64,000 bases of DNA from Phyllosticta citribraziliensis (lineage: Eukaryota). A program made the translations under genes and the position numbers. Below, in pieces: positions 1 through 9,600 of the stretch. Each line of letters opens with the position of its first letter. Position 1 is the first letter of the stretch. The notes below the pieces were generated by a model. That model saw only the letters and a list, made by a program, of their open reading frames with translations, did not search any database and was not told the origin of the DNA. The stretch is from contig NW_027117345.1 in the NCBI RefSeq assembly GCF_038025025.1, positions 620,001-684,000 on the forward strand, written 5' to 3'.

Positions 1-303
1 GCGCCAGCCTTTTTTGCAATCGATGGCCAGCCGCACGCTGGCTTGCAGCAGTCCCAGGTCGTTGTCGTTGTGCTGTTGGCTTGCTGTTAGGAGAGAGGCT
101 GGCGGCTGGGTGGATGGGACAGGGGGTGTGCGTTGCAGCGCTTACCCGGGTTTGCTCTGCGACTTGACCTGGACTCCTTTGCCTTGGTTTGGTCCCCCTG
201 GCCCGCGGAGCCCCCCTGGCGACGGCTCGCCCACATCGCCTTGGCTCACCGCGGCGGCGTACGTCCCCACGGCTGTGGCAAGAAGTAAAAAGAAGGACTT
301 CAT
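1..303 (-). CDS. Secreted GH45 endoglucanase-like protein, 5' part (runs off the left edge)
   Basis: ATG at 303 gives MKSFFLLLATAVGTYAAA (signal peptide). Intron 73-145 (GTAAGC...CTAAC...CAG) splices in frame to GTTTTTWDCCKPACGWPSIAKKAG, matching the GH45 N-terminal motif TTRYWDCCKPSCxW. Not in the ORF track. Confidence 0.85.
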
Positions 304-3133
304 AATGAACAGGGAAGGAGCGACAAGAATATGATCAAACTGAAGGAGCCGTAAAGACAGTAGCGATGTATTGGAAAGATTCGGATTCGCGTCGCAAAGG
401 TAAGGTTATTATGCCCAAGGAAAACCGTCCTATGAAATTTGCAAGTGATCTCCTTTAAATTCCCTTGGCGTGAGTCTTAGTAACATTGTTGTGGCTGAAG
501 AGAAGTGTTTCGAGGCTCGCTGCAGCTGTTTTGGCTAAACATGCTACCGAGTGTGGCACGCAGCCGCACTGCCACTGGTACCTTGTCGACGCGATCAAAT
601 GAAGCCTCGCAACGTCTTCCTTAGTTGCTCAGGGACAGCCAGGAGAGCCAAATCGAACCTGTTATTGGAAGCTGGTGGACAACAACACCTGAGACGACAT
701 GAACGACGGACGACTTTCCGTCAAGCATTGTTTCGAGTGCCCTACTCAGGGTTGGTTTCTTCTCAGAATCTATGGACCAACTATGTTCGCCTGTTCTTTT
801 GTTCAGCAAGCATGGATCCTTGTACCACCGTCACATCGGTGTCTGCTACGGCGATCAAACGTGTCCGCCGCAGTCAATCACTGTACTTGGGGCTCAAAAT
901 ACTCCAGTGCCGCATGATCGCCGTTCAGAAGCGCAGCGCTTGTTCTGGACGTTGAATGCTGCGCAGGCAGATGGTCTTTTTCGGTGTTTCTGCAGCTAAA
1001 AGGAGATCATGTACCGCGAAATTGGACCGAGCTTGTCTGTCGTGGGCGAAATGCGATCATTATACGAAAGAGAGGCGGCTCAGACCCTTGAAACTGTGTT
1101 TCCATTTAGCTTACATGCATGATCCTTTCCCATCGTTTCGATCCATGACGTCAGTCGCGAACATGTGTCAATGCGACTCGGCAGTTGGCTGGAGCGAGCT
1201 GTTGATCAAGCCGGACAAGTTGAGGCCGCATGAAGGTGCGGAGGTTAGCAGAACTGTTCGAATTCTGGCAGTGGCTATTTTCGTCATTCAGAGTAACCGT
1301 TCCGGAAGTAAAGTAGATTGCCGGGCGCGTGGGATGGTGCGGAGTATAGAGCGGGTCCAACCGTCTGATGATGGCCGCCTGAACGCTTAACTGGAGTCGA
1401 TCGATGGTAGGCTGATCAAATGCTGAATAACCCCAGTCGACGCCGTAAGTCACTGCCGAGTGTTGAAGCACGAAAGTTCCTCATGTTCCGCCGCCATGTT
1501 GGGTCGTGGAGGGGGGCAAAGAATTGATGACTGGACGAGCATCAGGGGAACCGCCGGAGCTTTATTATTTTTATCAATCATTTTTTGCATAAGACTTACA
1601 AACTGGGGGCGTCTTTGCTTCCCCAACAACCCATTACTACCGTTCAAACTCCAAGCTCCAGCCACAGCCCTGACCGCCTTCCCGGTATAAACTGAACCAC
1701 GGCACTGCTCAATCAAAGAAATCGATAGCCGGTACGGATCGTGATGCGCAATGGAGCGGGCCGCCGAGACCCTGAGATCGTCGCTCGTTCGGTGGTTCCG
1801 ATGACCACTAGAAGCAATCTTAAATCAACGACAATGCTTGCAGGTTGTTGAACGTCATGGATTTCGTTATGAGGAGGTTTTGGCCCCAAAACATTGGACC
1901 ATGGCAGCACGCTGCCAGCCAACAGTTTTATCTGTTGTGTCGGCGACAAGACCTCTTTTCAGGTTCTGTCTGCTCTTTCAATGGCTCGTTCGGACAAGAT
2001 CGCATTGGAAGTCCAGCTTTGGGACTCGTGGGAGGTCTGTGCTGTGGAGATGTTGTAAACACTGGACCCTCTGGAAAACGGCGAGTGCGAGAACTCGGTG
2101 CAATCACGTGACAATACAGTTCATAAATTATACAAACCGTTCTTAAAAAGATGTCGGGCGGTTGGCGCAATGGTAGCGCATTGGTTTTCGGCGTAAGCTT
2201 CATCACCAAAGGTTGTGGGTTCAATCCCCATGCCGCTCGGATCTTTTGTTCTTTTGCAGTTTTGTTTTGGTGATCTTCATGCAGAGGCCGAGGAGCAGCT
2301 GCTGTGCCTCCGGCAGAGTGACGTGTGTGTTTTGGGGGGTGTCAGTGGGTGGGTTGTGGAAGAAGCCGAAGCCTACGTTGCGCAAGATGCCGTGGCGGTG
2401 GGCTGCAGCGGGACGTCACATCAAGACGACTTGGACTCAGTCGATCCGACCGAACGAACCGTCCCCGGCCGTCGACATGTCCCGTGTACATATGGATCAC
2501 TCGGTTGGACGACAAACGCATGCAGAGTGACAGATCCGAACTTTTTCATTTGTTTTCCAAACAGGCTTGGGCCGACGACAGTACTATTCATCGCACAGGC
2601 TCGCCATCGGCCCCTCCTCAGCTCCGCCTCGTTCGCTGGGCAAGACATGAAGCCCACCAACCGCAGAACGAGGCTCCCTACTGGCGTAGGCCTCATGCCG
2701 GCGACGAAGAAAAAACAACGCTGCGCCAGGCAATGAGGAAGGTGGCCAGTCCCGACACACTCGCCTTTCCCTCCGCATCCTCTGCCATCATTGTCGCGTC
2801 TTTTCTCGTACAGGTCATAAGGAAAAATGCAAAAAACAATAGACACAAGAGCAAACGTACTCCGAACAGTCGTGGCGATCCAAGTGTACAACACGTCGCC
2901 CCGTGGAGGACTAAAGATGGTCATCAACGACCCAGGCGACTGTGCAAAAACAGCAAAGTATGAAAACATGATTAGTACGGAAACGCAGGGAATCCAAGGC
3001 CGAAGCCAACCCCTGTCTGAGTGTCCGAAAAGATAATATCCGAAAGAAAGAGAACCGAATGCACCATCCCAGTGAAGGGGGCGCCATAATAATAGTTGAC
3101 TGGCCCATAGGAGGGCTCGTGTCAATGTTGGTA

Positions 3134-3162
3134 GTGGTGGTGGTGGTGGTGGTGGTGGTGGT
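3134..3162. repeat. (GTG)n trinucleotide microsatellite
   Basis: About nine to ten perfect GTG units read directly, about 250 nt downstream of the C2H2 gene stop. Confidence 0.95.
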
Positions 3163-3411
3163 CGCGGCGGCAGTTGGGAGCACTGCTCTCGAGTTTTCGA
3201 CTTCGACATGTTCCGCTGATCGGCCGAATGAGAGGTGCGTCGCGCGCTCAGCCTGAGTCTCGCCTTCGTGGAGATTAGCGCGGCACTCGTTTCGTAATTG
3301 GGATGCATGGTACTTGCAAGTTGTGTGGCCCTGCAGCTCTCAGAAAATTGGCGTGAAAGGCGAACAACGAAGGCGAGGGCACAAGCGCGAATGGGGAAGC
3401 GTGCGGAAACA

Positions 3412-5263
3412 TTACCTTGAATCCGATTTTTCGTGCTTCACCTTGACCTTTGGATTTTGGAGTTTTTCAATCATTTTGTTGGCCTCCTCTGGTGCCTCGT
3501 GCGAGTGCAAAAGATTCTTCAGCTCCGGGAAGCTGACCGAAGCGTTCCGTGCCTTCTTTCCCGACATTGCCTCCTTGAGGTGAGTCTCGTAATGAGCCTT
3601 GCGATTGTCGTTGCGCGAAAATCGCCGTCCGCATCCAGGGACGACGCAAGGGAACGGGCGCTCCTTGCTGTGGGTGTTCTCGTGCCGCTTCAGGTGCTCC
3701 GGGCGCGCAAAAGTCTTGGTGCAGCCTTCGAATCTGCAGCGCTGCTTTTTTGTTTCGCCAGCAGTGCTGCAGTATCTTCCGGACTTGGGGTCTTTCTGGA
3801 TGTCGGCCTGGAAACGAAAGTCGACGGCGCATCCATCGAGGTTGGCAGTAAAGCTATCCATGCGGTTTTCGCAGCGGTGCTTGCGCTTGGTAATGCCGCT
3901 TGGGCCGCTGGGACCAATGCGCCTGTCCTTTTGGCGATGTCGTCGTTGGGGCGAGATGAGCTCGCTGCGACTTCTGTGGTCGAGGTATGCGTCATCGGCC
4001 TCGCGTTTGATGGAAGTGTGCCCGTCCCCCAACTGCCCCCCATATCTTGAGCACTGGGATGTGGACGAACTGTACCCGTCATACGAACCAAAGCTTTCTT
4101 CCAGACTCTGATCTGAGTTCATCTCGGGGTACGTCCGGCTGTCAGCCTCGTGAACAGTGTCTCCTGGATGTACGACACTGTCCTGGAAAATCGGCATTTC
4201 CAGACCGGCTCCTACCTGAGGCCAAGTGTAGTCCATGTTCAGACTTCCACTGTTCATGGGAGGAGCTCCGTATGCTTCGGCGGTCATGCCCTGCAACGAC
4301 AGGGCAGAGGTGGTAGGGTGGTGGGCGGGCCACATTTCAGAGTGAGACTGGAGCTCAGCAGCAGGCAAGAGAGTCCTTGCACCGTTCGGCATGCTGTCGA
4401 AAGACTGATAATCCGTAGGGGCCGGAAGTCCCAGAGTGTCGTTGTCAGAGCCAGTCGGCCGGACGGCCGATGTGTATGGCGTCGCTGGTTCGACCATGAC
4501 CCACCCGGGTTGCCGTCGTTCAGGTTGAATTCCCATTCGTCCAGGTTTGCCATGACCAAAGTCCATGGCAGATGGCCAATGGTCGTGGTTGTTGTACTCG
4601 TCGGCGTCGTGGTCGTTGGCGGTGTGTGCCGACCCATGGTCAAAAGACATGTCGTTTGGACGGACCATCATCCAGTCGCTCTCCCCAACCACTTCCCGGG
4701 ATGTGTGAGGCGTGGGAGGTAGGTTAGAATAATATGCCGAGCTGTTGCTTGAGAAACTGTTGGCGCAAGATGCGGAGGACTGCATGGACGCGATGGAATC
4801 CCTGCGACCTTCGTAGGCCGATGAAGTAGGAGTCAAGTACCCCGAGGGGGTATAGCCTGGAGCTGAATGTGGGTTCATTTCCATTCCGTCTTTGGTGACA
4901 GCCGAAGCCCTGGCCCCCAAGAAGCGATCGCGACTGTTCCGGAAATCTGAGTGTGTGAACGGTCAGCCTGTGTGAAAGGTCAGCCTTGCGGCATCGATGG
5001 ATCGACAAGGCGATGGCACGAACAGAATGGAGATATATGGACAGAGGAATGGTGACCTTCCCGAGCAGAGAGAGCGCAAAGGAACGTATGTGGGAGGGTG
5101 GTAGAAGGAGTGTAAGGACCGAAGAAGGCTGAAGACCACGGGACAGGAGGTCGTTCAAGGGTCCCTTGATGGGGTTTTTGAAGGACACTGACTATTCGGC
5201 ACGGCCGGCAGCAACGCCGTTGCCGGACGTTGAAGTCATAAAGCACAACTCACCGTTGTACAT
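3412..5263 (-). CDS. BrlA-like two-finger C2H2 transcription factor
   Basis: C-terminal fingers [53 protein letters not shown] (about 3580-3738) and a Ser/Pro-rich N-terminus. Long model: exon 5254-5263 (ATG TAC AAC G), intron 4947-5253 (GTGAGT...GCTGAC...CAG), exon 3412-4946, 514 aa. Short model starts at ATG 4884, 490 aa. The C2H2 call is firm; the upstream exon and BrlA relationship are less so. Confidence 0.88.
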
Positions 5264-5271
5264 CGTTGCAT
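4875..5271 (-). promoter_or_regulatory. Putative overlapping uORF (29 aa after splicing) of the BrlA-like gene
   Basis: ATG at 5271, 8 nt upstream of the long-form ATG and out of frame with it. Across intron 4947-5253 it reads [29 protein letters not shown] and stops at TGA 4877-4875, overlapping the in-frame ATG at 4878 (ATGA). Confidence 0.4.
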
Positions 5272-6614
5272 TTGGCGCGCTTCTGTGTACGCGACTTCTG
5301 GGATGTCCTCGGAATGGTGGCCAAATGTCGCGTCTCGACTCGGACAATCTTCACCAGCCTGACAGGCGCGGCGCTGTGCGAGTTTCGACCGGCAGGACGG
5401 GGATCGAGATGGAGGGTGGCGCAAAGTGAAGGCTGGAGGCTTCAAGACGCGACAATCTCCCAACCAGATTTCGGATCGTGAATCAGCTGCAAGGGAGGCC
5501 AGGGCAGTTGAAAAATTGTGGGGTCTAGGTCTTTGTGGGACAGCAGGCCAGCAATTTCGAGTTTTTGAGTGAGAAGAAGCCGAACCTTCTCGATATGAGA
5601 TGGAAAAGAGACTTCTTATGGGGGGCACGCAATAGTGTCTTCGGGCTCACCGACCTGTGCTGTCCAGATAATCGAGGTACCTCAACGGGAGTAGTGCTCG
5701 GTGCTTGCCCCACGGATACGGTAAGTACGAACACCTACGGTTGAATGAACCAACAGAGTAGGTGGATGCAACGTCTGGGTCGTGGAATGATACTACCCTA
5801 ACGTGGGAGGCACAACCATGGAAACAACCTGCGCCGCCACAAACTAAAGTTCCTCGACCGCGGCACCGCCCCGACGTCTGTCCACGCCATCCAACGCTCT
5901 TGCAAGGCCTAGCACTAGGGTTTCTGGGAGCTGGATGCAGCTGAGGTTGTCAGGTTGGACCCTAGACGGGGGCAACCGAGCAGCAAAGCAACCGACTGGC
6001 TGCATATGCAAGCTTTCAATTACTTGCAGCATCAACCAACGCTCGACGAAACAGAGCAGGCGGCCGTCAAAGCTTGCCATTCCTGACGCGCACAGTCGAC
6101 ACTTGCAGTTTTCGGAACGCAGATCAGGCCTGGAATGGCACCCTCCTCTTTAAACGGTGCCAAGGCTGTGTTGTGTGCCGCTGCAGCCCTTTGGGATGCA
6201 AAATCAGCCAATCGATGGCCTGCTCAGGACGTCCAGAGCTTGATCGAACTTGGCCCAAAGCGGCACCAGATAGATGCACGATTGGGTACCGCCAGCGCGG
6301 ATGGGCGAAGGATGATGAGGTCGACAGACTCGAAGGCGACGTGACCAGGTCTGGAGGCTTGGCTGAGGCTCGGGCTGATGGCAATAATGGCCGACGAGAC
6401 GGCGCAAGAGTCAACCAGGCCGGCCGTGTGAAGGTTTTGAAGAGAGGCTGGCCGGATTTGGCCTGCGGCGGTGACACGACATGGATGAGATGCAGGATTG
6501 AAATTGCTTTGGCCCGATGAGAATCGTAATCCAACCGGCTCCAGGTCGGTAGATTCGGCAGTCATTCAGCAGGTTGTGTTTCAAGCGCTGCGGGAGCACA
6601 AATGTTCCGGAATG
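5024..6614. promoter_or_regulatory. Cluster of CATTCY (AbaA/TEA-type) sites
   Basis: CATTCY on either strand at 5024, 5046, 5311, 5784, 6078, 6132 and 6609. Confidence 0.4.
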
Positions 6615-9600
6615 CATGATCTGACGGCGGCTTTTCCTTCTGCCTGACCTGGAGTCGCTGCTGTGGGTGCCCGCGGCCGGTGGGTTGCTCGCCAGAAGAG
6701 CAGAGGTGAGCAGTCACAAGCAAAGCGTCGGGTTGGACAAATTTCCCGGCCGGCGAGCGGCGTCGATTAGACTTTGGAGAGCGAGAGGTGGTGTTGGAGG
6801 TGGTGGTGTTGTAGTAGTCGGGGCGCCCTGCATGCGGCGCAGCGATGGACCGGGAAGCCGAGCGAGCGCCGGCAGGCCGCAGATGTCAACCTAACCTTCT
6901 CCTACTCTCCACCCAAACCTCTTCGGTTCTCTCCACGCCGTCGCCATCTCACACCACGGTTGCCGGCGTCCTTCACGTTCTCCAGTCGTCTGCCCACTTG
7001 AACCTCCCGGGCCCCCAGCCCCAGTGCCTCGCCTACCGCACTCTGGCTCTTCGCGACCTTGACGCGTCTTCCATGGCTTGCATCTCGACCTGCCGCCGCA
7101 TGTGCCACCAGACGCGCTCCAAACATGAGCCGAGGAGGAGGCTGGCAAAGCCCTGCCCTGCCCTGCCAGGGCGGCGCGTCTGTGGCCACATTGGGTCCAG
7201 CCGCTCTTGACCTCTTCGGGTGATCGACTGAGCTTGACGCCGTGTCGTGGGGGTCCAAAGCAACCCTCCTCATCCTTCTCTTCCTCCTCCTGCATGCTGC
7301 TCAGGCACCTGAGTCGGTCGCCCATCTTGAAACGCCTTGGACGGTGGCACAAGAGCCAGACTGGCCAAAGTTTGATAAGACCAAGGCCCACTGTTGCCGC
7401 CATCTAGCCCACGGCGATCGGATCGGGATGGCCTTCACTTCGAACCCGATAGTCAGCCAGACAGCCGACAGCTTCATGCGCACTGTTTCTGCCGTAGCAA
7501 CCACGCTTGGCTGCGCCAACAACCCCCATTGGTCCATTGGTGACACCCATTTTGACCCGGATGACTTGCCGTCACTGTTCCATTGACGACCGAGTCCTGC
7601 ACCACCGTCTCTCTCGAATTTGCTTCATGCCATCCACGCTGAAAGTGATCGTCAGCAATGTTCAACTGTCATGCCATTGGGGCGAATGGCGTCACTAGCG
7701 GCATGTGGCTCCGCGACTCCGCTAAACAGCCCTACCCGGAGCCGTCTCTGGATGAGCCCGTAGCATTACCCTACGTCAGATTGTGGTTTTCCAAGGAAAC
7801 TCCAAGGAGCGGGCAGACACCTGAAAAATTGCGACAAAGACACATCCAAGTGTGTTACGCAAGAATATTGCGCTAGACCGGCCGCAAATCGACGCCAGAC
7901 TTGATTCTGATCATGCACGTAAGTGGGGTCCGCCGTCGATGATGCCCCGTGCGCTGGTGGTCTCATTGTCCTGTCACTCTCAACGTGGGCGTGGTCATTT
8001 CTGTGCAAAATTTGCAAGTCACGTCGAGTTCCTTTTCCATTCTTGCCGTCATGCCATTCTGCACGATGGAGCAATATCGGACGGCATGTACGCGCCGTGC
8101 AGCGCCTGCGGACCCTGGCCATGATCTTGCGGCTCTGGTGTTTTGGACAAAACACATCCATCTGCACCAGTCTTGCGCAATTGTGGGGAGCTGGTGCAGC
8201 TTGGAGAAGATTGGTATGGGCCTTGCAGTTCGCGCTGGTCCCCGGCCCCCTTGTCCCTGCTACAGATCCCCCTTGTTACGGAAACCTGCATGCTTAGCCA
8301 TGGTAGATCCTAGAATCGACACCAGACTGCCAGGATACAATTCGGTTAGCCACAGACTACTGCGCACATCAAACTCACCGCAACTTCAACGGCTTCTTCT
8401 CGTCCAGTCGAAGTGACATACAGCTGAGCACAGATGAACAGGCAGGACCCTGAAAACGGAGCAGAGTGCACAGTCCAAGAGGCTACTTTTTGGAGGCCCA
8501 CATATCTAGCCTTACTAGCCTTTTTTTCCCGGATATCCTAATGGATCGTCGACCATTGAAGCACGCTGACCAAGTTGGCAATTTGTATCCCTGCAAACGG
8601 CGAACCGCATTTCAAACTCCACTTCGACCTGCGGTAACACCAACCGCCAACTCTCCTAGACCGCCTTTTGCTCTTTGCAAGAGCCAACTCGAAAACATGA
8701 GCAAATTTATTGGCTACAGGCAAGTCGTCTTTGACGGTCATGTGTTCGGAGGACAAGAAATTTGTCGCGCCCAGACCTGTGTATCCTCGTGTCGAAAGAT
8801 TTTTGCCAAGTATCAAGCTTCATGTTCGAGCTGCTCAACAAGTTTTCAAGCCATCCGCTAGAATCTTGGCGTATTACGCCATATTGAGTATCGAGACGGC
8901 AAGTCCCATCGCTGGGGCATTGATTTAAGCCGTTGAACAGACCAGAATCGCGCAGAGCTCGATTCCTTTGGCTCTGACGCTAGGCCAGATAGTGTCCTAC
9001 TAGCACGGGCTCGCTATTCTCGATGAAGAGGTTCCGCATCCGGCCCAAACAGATTCGAGAGACCTTTTACCAGGAGAAATTCTCAGCATGGCTTGCGCAT
9101 GGCGTCGTGGGCGCTCTGGATCTCGGCCCGCATACCTCGGCCTCTCCGAGTTCAGCCCTTCTGCCTCATCCGAGAAGCGCCTGAAGGATCTAGCCGTCGG
9201 GGAGATAGCCAGACAGAGACTTGGTCCCGCTCAGCCTGACAACGAAGGATCAAATATCTGCCGCTGGTGCGTGGTGCGATCGAAACCTGTCGAGAGGGAC
9301 TCAAGATTCGTCTGGGGCTCGAGGACAACGCAGACAATGCCTTCTCACATGCGATGAGTCTTTCTAAGATTGGGACTGCGCTCTAGCGCGCCAGTATAGA
9401 CTAATGACAAATTCGTCTCAGAATGAACGTGACTCGCTGTGTGGATGGACGGCTTTGATCTCGCCGTGACTCCCACTGGTTGCGCCTGAGTTTTCTTTCC
9501 ATGTAAGTGCACCTCATGATCGCTGGCTCGACCGCGTCTGCTCTCGGGAGAAGCTTTGAAGAGCGAAGAATTTCTGGGCGAGGGCATGTCGAGTTGTCGT

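Noticed and set aside
2220..2420. Minus-strand peptide NTHVTLPEAQQLL...KTKLQ faintly like the C-terminus of the C2H2 protein
   Set aside because: Only a few identities and no zinc-finger remnant; compatible with chance
2421..3308. 295-aa minus-strand ORF with poly-Pro and hydrophobic stretches
   Set aside because: It starts about 100 nt after the C2H2 stop, the poly-Pro comes from the GTG microsatellite and no domain is recognisable; most likely 3' UTR or intergenic sequence
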